A stretch of DNA of 64,000 nt from Eledone cirrhosa. Taxonomy: Eukaryota. The stretch is taken from assembly GCA_964016885.1 (NCBI GenBank), contig OZ024742.1, positions 12,090,001-12,154,000 on the forward strand, given 5' to 3'. The position numbers and the translations under genes were made by a program. Numbering within the stretch: the first letter of the stretch is position 1; each line of letters starts with the position of its first letter. The notes beneath the pieces are model-generated. The model was not told the origin of the DNA. It searched no databases and worked only from the letters and a program-made list of their open reading frames with translations. Positions 42,751 to 54,105 of this stretch are shown in pieces.

Positions 42751-43112
42751 CTTTCTCGTTTTCATCAAATCAAGTAGTAGATGCAGTTTCTAAGAGCTTT
42801 TAATAATAAATTGATATTCTCTAAGTTGTTAAGTAACGGAGAAACACAATATAATATTCATAAAATGTGGTGTCACCTGTTTCATCAGTTGTCACCCTTG
42901 ATCTGGTGGTCTGATGGGGAAAAGCCTTCCAACCTTGACACACTCGCTTCATTTTGCCACTAGTCTCTCTATGATGATATTTTCCAAACAGGAGAAAGAA
43001 TATTTTTGAAGAATATATTGGAACGGACGGTTGAATACTCTGCTGTGTGTTTTATAGTCCATGGGAGGCGGCGAAACGGGGGATAATTTGAAAGATTAAG
43101 ATGTAGTTGAGC

Positions 43113-43154
<42 letters not shown>

Positions 43155-43513
43155 TATATATATATATTTGTAAATGTGAATCTGTGTGTGAATCTCTGTA
43201 GAATTACCAATACGATGTCTGTCTTTACCAATCACTTTGTATGTGGTGCCAACATGGCAGGCAGAATAGTTAATATGTTCCCTTCCCAGGTCACAGGTTC
43301 ATCCCATTGTGTGACATCATAGGCACGTGTCGTTTTCCATATCGTTGTGTCGACTCATGTTTCAAGTGTTTTATATTATATAGATATAACATACTAAAAA
43401 GTTTGTTCGATGCACCGTATATGTATGTAAAAGGTAAACAGAAATAACAACACAATCGGTACAGTATATGGAAGGGATATATTAGGTTAACGCTTGATAT
43501 AACAGGAAGAGGG

Positions 43514-43549
43514 TCTTAAAGTTTCAGACATTAGTCCTTCATCAGAAGA
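43514..43549 (-). ncRNA. Minimal hammerhead motif (same family as 30459)
   Basis: Minus strand: TCTT-CTGATGA-a-GGAC-TAAT-GTCT-GAAA-CT-TT^AAGA. Confidence 0.7.
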
Positions 43550-43796
43550 ATTAGAAATAAGATAGATTAAGGGGAAAGGCGGGTTGGAATTGGAAAAAAT
43601 GTCTTTAGATAAAAATGACAGGTCCATTCTTGTTGACATCTCTTGCAAAACTGTTGGTGCTGGAGACAACAGAGGTACACAAAGTCTTATTAGTTTCACG
43701 CTTTATATTGCAAAGAGGAAAGAAAGTTCGACGTGAGACAAGATCACGAAGGAGAAACAGAAAAAAGGCCCGAATAAAGAAAAAAAAATCGAAAAT

Positions 43797-43840
<44 letters not shown>

Positions 43841-44576
43841 TGTGTGTGATGCTATATGGAGCACCTAGTTTGCCCCAATCTTGAAGATTCATGCACACTT
43901 AACGACCTTGAAACCTTAACACCGCAGCTAAGGTTCTTTGCGCAACACTGAATGGGTGTGGTGTAGCGATTCGATAAGAAGATCGGTATATCGATATAAG
44001 GCTTCATGAAAGAGAAACAACATTCGATATTAATCGATAGTCGCAAGGAAATATAATAAATTTACAGGCAGAATTTATCAAATTTTTGTATGTTTAAAAA
44101 TATTTTTGTCGCAGATGTCAGTAACGTATTTTGTTAAGTAACGTTATAGATTAATGTGTTAGTTTGAAAATGATAAAGTTTCAATACAAGCTACTGAATG
44201 GTTTTTGTCATGAAATGTGTTAAAGATTACATCAATGTGGAAGTAGGAAACGTTGCATCAATAAATACAATCAGATTCGATCTATCAGTTGACAAAACAA
44301 TATAATTTTAGGCATACATGAGAAGATAAGCAGTTTCCTCAAATCAGAGCTTATTTCTAACAGTATTTTATTAAATATAGAGAAGGTTATAATGTCAGAT
44401 ATTAATTGTAATGCATGTATTTAATTGCAAGGAAACAAGGATTCTAATTTGGCAGGTTCCAGTGTTCTCTTAGTAGTTTGATGTTGGAAACATATCCCTC
44501 ACTCTCACTCTCTATCTCTATCCATCTATTTATCTCCCTCCCTCTCTCTCTCTTTATAAATATCTCTATATATATA

Positions 44577-44609
<33 letters not shown>

Positions 44610-44772
44610 GTGTGTGTGTGTTTGGATAGAACAATGTAAGTAAAACAAAAGTCAGAGATAGATAGTCAATTATATACGGACATACATATATATATAAACA
44701 TATATATATTTCAATCACTACCTACTCTTCTCTCTCTCTCCGTCTCTCTCTCACTCTCTCTCTCTCTCTCTC

Positions 44773-44819
<47 letters not shown>

Positions 44820-44860
44820 ATCTATCGCTCTCACTCTCTCTCTCTCACTCTCTCTATCTA

Positions 44861-44911
<51 letters not shown>

Positions 44912-45576
44912 CTTTCTTTGTATCTAAGATCACGTTTATCAATGTGTATTTTCTCTCCCCCAAAGAAAACCATGAGAAAAGAGCTAAATATTCAGAAATG
45001 TTTCACAAATGAAACTATATCTGGGCAGAACAGAATTCATGAAACAAAATAGAAACGAAAAGGAAAGGCAGTTAATGCATAAACCTAAACATAGCAACCT
45101 TTTAAATTAGAAAAAGCAATTAAAATTGTATGCTTTAATGATTCGTTTGGTTATTTAATTATTTAGATGTAAATTATCGGAAAGAAATATATTTAGAATA
45201 GAAGAAAACGAAACATGACAATCCTGGCAGGTAAAGGTTTATTTTCGGCTATACTTAAAATATGTCCATTACCTCCTCATACAATGAATATACATTGATG
45301 TACACTTGGAATATATATTCACAATATATTCACGTAAGCAGAAGATAAAGTGTTTCCAATGTAGCAATATACTATTGCTGAATATATTGTTGAACTAGAA
45401 AGACGGAGTATTACAGTCTTTACATGTTCTTCATACAAAACAGCCAATTCCCATTATTTGTTTCCCCATATATATAAATATACAATTGCTCCTATATTTT
45501 ATACATACGCAAGTAAATATCCATGCACTCATAAGCTCATATACTCATACATATGCATAGAATCTACTCATATTTA

Positions 45577-45609
<33 letters not shown>

Positions 45610-45630
45610 CAATTAAAATAACAGATTAAA

Positions 45631-45679
45631 GTTTAAGCAAAGAATCGTTGCTTTCAACCTTAACGGGATCTTCTGAAAC
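45631..45679 (-). ncRNA. Hammerhead-like motif with core CAGAAGA (U4A family)
   Basis: Minus strand: GTTT-CAGAAGA-tCCC..GAAA-GCAA..TTGC-TT^AAAC. Confidence 0.65.
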
Positions 45680-45771
45680 ATTTAACCTTATCGAGCCCTC
45701 TTTGGATTTTAATCTTCACATTTATTATATATATATATATATATATATATAGGGGGGGGGGGGGGTAAATT

Positions 45772-45925
45772 CCCGAGATCCGTGGACGAGTTCTCTCCAG
45801 CGGTCTCTGTCCCTCATTATCACTGCCATTTCCTGCGTCTCCGACAGAGCAGTGTCTGTCCTTAGGGCATCAACATACGTTAACCTTCGTCTGTGCTACT
45901 GTACGGGTCTGAGACTCACTCGGAT
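45772..45925 (-). mobile_element. Short LINE ORF2 C-terminal fragment (RTE-like)
   Basis: Minus strand translates to RRLTYVDALRTDTALSETQEMAVIMRDRDRWRELV. Confidence 0.65.
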
Positions 45926-46461
45926 ATATATATATATAATATTGTACATCCCTCACACTCACACGGTTTTGGATATTTGTTGCTTTAAGTAATGTTCCCT
46001 GAAATTTGAATCTAACCCTATATTTAATCCATGGGGTTAATTTTCCTCATTCAACTTAGGGACTGAAACAATTGTCTTAAATTATGTCCAAAGACGTAAT
46101 ATCACAGACAAGATGAATTACCCCATCATACCACCTGCAAATAAGTCCAATACTAGAGAAACGAAGATATTCCGTCTGATAAAGGTAATAGATATTCACA
46201 AGAAACAGATGAAGGTATAGGGTCTGAAGAAAAGGAATCCCAAAGTACAGAGCATATGACTTAAAGATCAACTGAGCAGACAGAGTAAACGGCAGAAAAA
46301 ACTGGAGAAGCGCAATGGGTTCAGACCCTGCTGGAAGCCATACATATTCTCCATAACTAATTAGCACTAAGTAAATTGTGCAGATGTTCCTCAAATTTTA
46401 TATATAAATATATATATATATATACATATTTATAGTGTATACATACATATATATATATATA

Positions 46462-46890
46462 TGCAGAGGTTATATTTAATTTATTGGGATTCAACAAGCT
46501 TAAACAAATTTATAACTGATATAAAGCACTCAACAATTTAGTGGAGTAAATACACAATATATTAATAAATGGAAACTATATTTATAAAGCCATATTTTTT
46601 TTATTATATATATTTCGAAGGCAAATTATGGTGCGCTTTCATCAGATAAAATACAGATTTGTTTTATGGATAAATACAATTGTATCACCCTCAATAAATG
46701 TAATATCTCCACTATCCAGGAAGCTCCAACCGTTAAGGTTGTCTTTTTACCGGGTATGCCAATATTTATTTATAAAACAAATCTGTATTTTATCTGATGT
46801 AAGCGCACCATAATTTGCCTTGGTTGCCCTTGAAATATATATAAAATAAATATGGTTTTATAAATATAGTTTCCATTTATTAATATATAG
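46462..46890. mobile_element. Inverted-repeat insert with HHR motifs at 46599-46651 (-) and 46786-46848 (+)
   Basis: Same family as 22998-23467. Cores CTGATGA and CTGATGT. Confidence 0.8.
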
Positions 46891-46918
46891 TATATATATA
46901 TATATTTATAGTGTATAC

Positions 46919-46995
<77 letters not shown>

Positions 46996-47069
46996 ACGAA
47001 GGAAATGTGGTAAGGAACCAGATGGACCATAACGCACCAAAGTACTCAATACTTAGGGTAGTAGAGTGG

Positions 47070-47204
47070 GTAATAGGAACGAGTAGGACCCCGACGGCTG
47101 AGCTCAAGCCGTTTCGACGGCTAATTCTGGACGGCTAATTCTGGACTGAGTCCAGAATTACCCGTCGAAATGGCTTGAGCTCAGCCGTCGGGGTCCTACT
47201 CGTT

Positions 47205-47208
<4 letters not shown>
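47070..47208. repeat. Palindrome centred on a putative HHR stem II hairpin
   Basis: TAGGAACGAGTAGGACCCCGACGGCTGAGCTCAAGCCGTTTCGACGG ... CCGTCGAAATGGCTTGAGCTCAGCCGTCGGGGTCCTACTCGTTCCTA. Confidence 0.85.
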
Positions 47209-47291
<83 letters not shown>

Positions 47292-47752
47292 GTATAGTGT
47301 ATACATATATGAATAGTCTATATATATATAGCGAGAGAGAGAATTAACTTACTAAAATTGCTAGCATAGGTATACATCTCTATACATATGTTGGTGATTT
47401 TAAAATTAACTTACTATATTTGCTAGCATAGGTATACATCTGTATACATATGTTGGTAGATATACTAATTCTCTATATTTATCTCCAAATTATTTGTTGA
47501 GCAAAACTTGCCGAAATTTACTGCTATGGTTCATGGTAGTAGTTAGGCTCTTGTCTTATTACCACTCCACTCCTCACTGATTAACCTGTCACGTGATTGA
47601 TTCTTTAGAATTTGCCACTGACCAAGTAGGCAGTGAATTTTTTCAGTGCCCTGGAATCTATTCCCCGCTCGCTTTTTTCCATCCACTGAATTATTATTTT
47701 TATATGGGTTCCTAGTGTCCGCGCATTGCCTGGGAACTTAGCTGAGAATAGA

Positions 47753-47832
47753 CTCCCTGATGACGTAAGGATTTCTCTATGGTTGCGTTGCGTAACTATA
47801 TTTATTCCCTTACAGAAACTAATTAGTTGGAG
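47753..47832 (+). ncRNA. Type I hammerhead ribozyme motif, complete
   Basis: CTCC-CTGATGA-c-GTAAGG...CCTTAC-a-GAAA-CTAATTAG-TT^GGAG. Confidence 0.88.
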
Positions 47833-48048
47833 CGAAAATTTTCGTAAGTAAGTTAATTTTAAAATGTTCTTATTTTACGTCTTTCATATATATATATATA
47901 TATGTATATATATACATATATATATATATATACATATGTATAGTGTATACATATATATATAGTCTATATATATATATATATGTATATACATATTTATAGT
48001 GTATACATATATAATCTATATATGTATATATATTTTAATATAGAAAAG

Positions 48049-48095
48049 CTTCTACAGGACTAGAACTGTTTCATTCGTGAGTAATCATCAGGAAG
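48049..48095 (-). ncRNA. Hammerhead motif with weak stem II
   Basis: Minus strand: CTTC-CTGATGA-TTACTCACGAAT-GAAA-CAG-TTCTAGTC-CTG-TA^GAAG. Confidence 0.7.
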
Positions 48096-48410
48096 GGTGT
48101 ACCTTACTTACTGTCCATACCACCGATTGAACCCGTAATAACTTATATATATATATATATATATATAGGTTATTCCGGGTTCAATCGGTGGTAACTACAG
48201 TAAGTAAAATATATATATATGTATTAAAAGTATGTGTTCCTACATGTAATTAATACACACAGGGATACAAGTACAGTGGGACCGTATGTCAGTGTGGTTC
48301 AATGGCAAGTTAATAAATTAACAAGCTAGAACATATAAAATCAAAGGAAAGCAAATAAAGAAAAAATGTTTTAATAAATTTCAAAATATTCACTGTACTT
48401 ACTATATGTG

Positions 48411-48490
48411 CCTTTACCGCGGTTTCAGATCCCAAAAGAAATAGATAATCCAACCGGATTTCCATTGAGAAAGAGATCCTCGTCAGAAGG
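48411..48490 (-). ncRNA. Type I hammerhead ribozyme motif, complete
   Basis: Minus strand: CCTT-CTGACGA-GGATCTC...GGGATCT-GAAA-CCGCGG-TA^AAGG. Confidence 0.9.
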
Positions 48491-48543
48491 ATTTTCTCTC
48501 TCGGAGAATACAAGATTCCCGAGTTCAAAATACAAACTGGCGC

Positions 48544-48575
<32 letters not shown>

Positions 48576-49139
48576 AGAGATTCTTTGCTTAAACTTTAAT
48601 CTGTTATTTTAATAAATATTTGCTCTATGGTTCTTATATATTTGATATATATTTATCCTTATCGAGCCCTCTTTGGATTTTAGTCTTCAAATTTATTATT
48701 ATTACTATATATATATATATATATATATTATATACATATATATATTATATACATATATATATATATGGTGTTTGTAAATGGAGTGATACTAATATGTAAG
48801 TGTTTCTGTTTTCTCTCCTGTGGGGGGTGAAAGGTCAAATGTGAGGTTGATCGATGTTCAATCAATTCTTTCTAAACCTGGCAAGAGAGCCTTCATTGGA
48901 AAAATCAATAATTATGGTATCAATACAACAAGCAAGATGAAATACTTCAAGAGAGAGTGAATGATAGAGAGAGAGAGAGGGACATAAAGAAAGAGAGAGA
49001 ACGGTCAGCAAAAACGAGTGTTTATACCAACAGCAAATATTAATATGCTGACAATAATTTCGATCAATCAATCGAATTCGGTGGACATATAATTGACTGT
49101 ATGTTATATAACACATTGTAGTCTATATTTCACTCTTTC

Positions 49140-49434
49140 TGGCAGACATATCTTTTGATGGTCTTAACATTACGATGGATATCTTGATGATGATGATGGT
49201 GATGATGAGTGATGATGATGATATTGATGTTGATGGGGGTGATTGGGGTGGTGATGATGTTGATAAAATTGATGGGAGTGGTGATGATGGTGATGATATT
49301 GATGATATTGATGTTGATGGGGATGGTGATGATGATGATGAGGTGATGGGGTGATGATGATAGTGATGATAAAGATCGAAACGTTGATGAGGCATATTTC
49401 TTTTGATGGTTTTAACGTTATTATGGTGATGCTA

Positions 49435-49472
<38 letters not shown>

Positions 49473-49552
49473 CATCATCATCATCATCATCATCATCATA
49501 TTGATGATGATGATTATGATTATAATGATGACGTTGATGATGATGATAATAT

Positions 49553-49592
<40 letters not shown>

Positions 49593-49599
49593 CATGTTG

Positions 49600-49640
<41 letters not shown>

Positions 49641-49895
49641 ATAATGATGAGGTATATTTCGTTTGATTGTCATAACGTCATGATGCTCATGATGATGATG
49701 TTGATGAAGATGGGAGTTATGATGATAGTAATGTTGATGATGTCAATGATGACAAGGATAATGATAAGGATGGCTGTGATGATGATAATAGTGATGATGA
49801 TATTGATGATGGTGATGATGCTGATGTCGATGATGCCACTCGTGATGACGCCGATGATGAAGCATATTTCCTTTGATGGTCTTAAAGTTACAATG
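49140..49895. repeat. (GAT)n-rich region with four spaced copies of CATATTTCTTTTGATGGTCTTAACGTTA
   Basis: Motif at ~49147, ~49393, ~49652 and ~49863. Confidence 0.85.
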
Positions 49896-50115
49896 GGTAG
49901 CTTTGTGAGAAACTATTATACAGATAATTATATATGTCTGCTCGGGTCTTTGGTCCTACACAATACTTTGATGAGTGTGTGCATAATTATATTCATTACC
50001 ACTTCACACCATCTCTCTACAGTTATACACACGCCGACTAGCATGTACACTCACCAACACACATATACATAGATATATATATATATACACACACATGTAT
50101 ATATGTGCGCGTGTG

Positions 50116-50159
<44 letters not shown>

Positions 50160-51253
50160 TGTATATGTGTATGTGTATGTATATATATATATATATGTGT
50201 GTGTATGTATATGTATATGTACTTATATATATATATATATATATGGGTATGAATATATATATATGTATGTATGTGTGATTGTGTCTATGTATATGGGTAT
50301 ATATATATTATAAATATATATATATATATATGTATGTAATATATTTTGTTATGTGTGTGTGTAAGAGGGGGGGGGGTTCTTAACGAGCCAGTAATTCAAT
50401 CAGTGCTGATCAGGGTTTCACTAACACGTTATCGTTCCGGTGACAAAAATCTTAAAGAGGGGAATCCGAGATAGTTTAATACACACCCGCATTTATATCG
50501 GTATTCATTAAACAACTGTAGTCACGTGAATTGTTGCTGCAAAAGATGGCGGCGGGGCTAATCTCATTTTTATGTGTCTCCTAACCTTTAGGTAGCGATA
50601 ACTACCTACTATTAGTTTTGAATTATTGCGACAAAGAGACAAATTGTGTACACTTAAGAAATAAGATTCTCTGTAAAGAACTATATATTAACCACCATAT
50701 AGGATTTAGTGGAATACATTTAATGTTATATGCGAATATCATGTACATTTATTCGGTGATAGAATCGTTTTTCCCTCATCTACATTATGTCTTGAAATTA
50801 AGGACAGTAAAGTGAAGTTGAAACCATTCCTGTATCCTAGTACGATGTAAATGCATTAAATTAGGGAAGAGGATGCCGTCTATGTCTATCAGAAATATTT
50901 CACATCGTTGCAACGTTACAAGGATTGTTGTATATATCTTTTTATTGTTGTAGTTGTTGTTGTTTTTACCTCTGTAAAAGTCCAGACATAGTAACACCAT
51001 TGTAATAATAATAGCCACCTAATGGATTAGTCTCATAGATTCATCCTGTCCTATTCAATGAATGTTCTCGGTATATTTGTTAACCGCTGTTCTCCATTAA
51101 CTCTCATGAATAGATGCATTGTTGGAATCCAATAGTGGCTTATATTTTCTTATATTTTATTATTTGTGAAGCCTACAAATATATATATATATTAGAAAGT
51201 GAGGTTTTTTTTACAAAATGAAAAATATCCGAGGTGTCCTACACGAGTGGAAG

Positions 51254-51629
<376 letters not shown>

Positions 51630-51688
51630 CCACTGGAAGGTAATATCCGTAGTAGTAGAGCACTCAGTCCATGGGACGAGTTTGGTGG

Positions 51689-51935
51689 AAGTAGTAACAC
51701 AACAGTTAGTTCACCATACCGAGAACAATTGTTTCACCTTATGCGGATCTTCAGCTCGGACCAGTCCGAGCTGAAGAACCGCATAAGGTGAAACAATAAC
51801 ACAACAGTTAGTTCACCATACCGAGAACAATTGTTTCACCTTATGCGGATCTTCAGCTCGGACCAGTCCGAGCTGAAGAACCGCATAAGGTGAAACAATT
51901 GTTCTCGGTATGGTGAACTAACTGTTGTGTTACTA

Positions 51936-51938
<3 letters not shown>
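51689..51938. mobile_element. Cluster of four HHR copies (51719-51759 on -, truncated 51766-51797 on +, 51821-51861 on -, 51868-51908 on +)
   Basis: CCGAG-CTGAAGA-ACC-GCATAA-GGT-GAAA-CAATTG-TT^CTCGG. 102-bp tandem duplication of a palindrome. Confidence 0.9.
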
Positions 51939-51968
<30 letters not shown>

Positions 51969-52189
51969 CCAAAGATTACAATAACACAATAGATTGGAAG
52001 CAATCAACAATCGATTTTTCTGGAGTTTTTAATATTATTCAAAATGTTAACAAATGAAAAATATTCTAATGATCAAAATATATATTTTATTATACATATT
52101 TAAAAGGTACTACGTTTGATTATTCAATTCAAATACTGGAATTGAATAATGAAAACCGTAGCGGTATGTTACATATCAAATCATATATT

Positions 52190-52244
52190 TTGTCTGATGA
52201 AAACGTACTTAAACACCATAGTACCTTTGAAATATGTATAATAA
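52190..52244 (+). ncRNA. Hammerhead motif
   Basis: TTGT-CTGATGA-AAAcGTACT..AGTACcTTT-GAAA-TATGTA-TA^ATAA. Confidence 0.75.
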
Positions 52245-52257
52245 TAATAATAATAAT

Positions 52258-52284
<27 letters not shown>

Positions 52285-52288
<4 letters not shown>

Positions 52289-52395
52289 AAGAATGAATAA
52301 TAACAGGTAGACATCATAAAAAGGTAATTAATTTGTAAGCACACGGAATAAATTACCTTTTTATGATGTCTACCTGTTATTATTCATTCTTTATA
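52285..52395. repeat. ~110-bp hairpin / inverted repeat next to (TA)n
   Basis: TATAAAGAATGAATAATAACAGGTAGACATCATAAAAAGGTAATT is followed by its reverse complement after a short loop. Confidence 0.85.
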
Positions 52396-52533
52396 TACAC
52401 TCCGGAATACAGAAGGATCAGGAACTAAGTTTCTTCAACAATTCTTCCATAACTCGTAGAGTAACCTCTCACCGTACGTCAACCATATCCAGTGTAGTAA
52501 TTAGCCATGACTACATCTAGGATAATCCTATAC

Positions 52534-52629
<96 letters not shown>

Positions 52630-52954
52630 ACTGGAAGGTAATATCCGTATTAGTAGAGCACTCAGTTAATTTATTAATTCATCATTGAGCCACATCGTGA
52701 ATGGTTGCCAAAACAAAAACAGTTATATCTGTGACTTTGTTTAGTTTGTGTATATGTAAATCTTTATATTTAATAATCTCCCATTAGCTTGAGATGCAAT
52801 TTGGGCAATATTGGGCTGCGCTTTCTAGCAACCAGCCCACTCGCCGTAAGCAACCAATCACATTATTTCTGACTTGACCACGTCACGATTCTTAGCCATT
52901 TTGAATTTGTTTCTGGCGGCGATCGCTTTAGAAAATTACTTGTCCTGTGAGTTT

Positions 52955-53034
52955 GTTTCCTGACGAGTTCGAAGCTCGAGACTTTATCCTTAATAGGATA
53001 TCTCAAAATGCAAACGAAACCCGAGGGTAGAGAT
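52955..53034 (+). ncRNA. Type I hammerhead ribozyme motif, complete
   Basis: GTTTC-CTGACGA-GTTcG...CaAAC-GAAA-CCC-GA-GGG-TA^GAGAT. Confidence 0.82.
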
Positions 53035-53325
53035 ACAATCCTGGTAAGTGTGTACGCATTTCTTCTAACTTTAATTTTATACCTAATTGTATATGGTTGA
53101 CGGTATATTTAGTCGATTTCCACGTGCTGTTGAAATGTTTAGTAAATATTCTATAGCGGTCTGCCGCGAAGAGATTGCTGTCTTTTATTTCTCTAATGTT
53201 TCTTTATAGGTGCCTTTTAATCTTATAGCGCGGTCTAATTGATTTTTTATGTGGTTAATTATGCTAATTGGGAGAGGAAATGGTGTATATATATTATCAA
53301 ATGATTCTATGGACATACTTTATAG

Positions 53326-53364
<39 letters not shown>

Positions 53365-53800
53365 GTATATATTACAAAAGTGAGATAAAGGAAGTAAACG
53401 AAAATGCAGTTTTAGAATATAGAAATGTCGTAGTTTCAAAATCTGAGAGGTAAATCTCCCGATATTCTGCTTAATAAGGCTTAAGGAAACAACTGTAACT
53501 AATAAAGCAATATATACTAGGGGCTACCGTCCTGTTTCTGTCTACCAAACATTTGCTCAGTGTGGTATAACGTGAGATTGAATCCGAAACGAATTTCTGA
53601 ACCTAACAGTGATCCCCGCCCTTGCAACCGATGGAAACTTCTTTTCCGTCTTTATAAGCTATTCTATAGTATCTTCGCGCATGAGCACACCATTCTTTAT
53701 ATTAAATATATATTGGTACATCTGTGTCTATAATTCTATACACTTTACTGTGTTAATGTATAAATATGGTAATATTTACACATAGATATATTATAATAAA

Positions 53801-53862
<62 letters not shown>

Positions 53863-54105
53863 TTTCTTTATTAACCACAAGGGTTTACATAAAGTAGACA
53901 TTAAGGACAGTACAGGACAATACAGGGCGGTACAAATGGCCATTTCTGCGTGTAAAAAAACAAGATACAGAGGATGTAATAATAGAACAATGAAAAAATT
54001 CCCCAATAGGGGGGAGACTTCCGAGGGACATTGGTGGAGAAATCCCATTAAAAAGCCACAGTGACCCTGACCACCAGGGCAAGTGCCTCTCCCAGTTTTC
54101 CACCT

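Noticed and set aside
46098-46182. Possible degenerate HHR (TATCA-CAGACAA...GAAACG..CGTC-TGATA)
   Set aside because: Two core mismatches and no convincing stem II.
49123-50072. Poly-Met, poly-His and poly-Ile ORFs
   Set aside because: Artefacts of the (GAT)n microsatellite.
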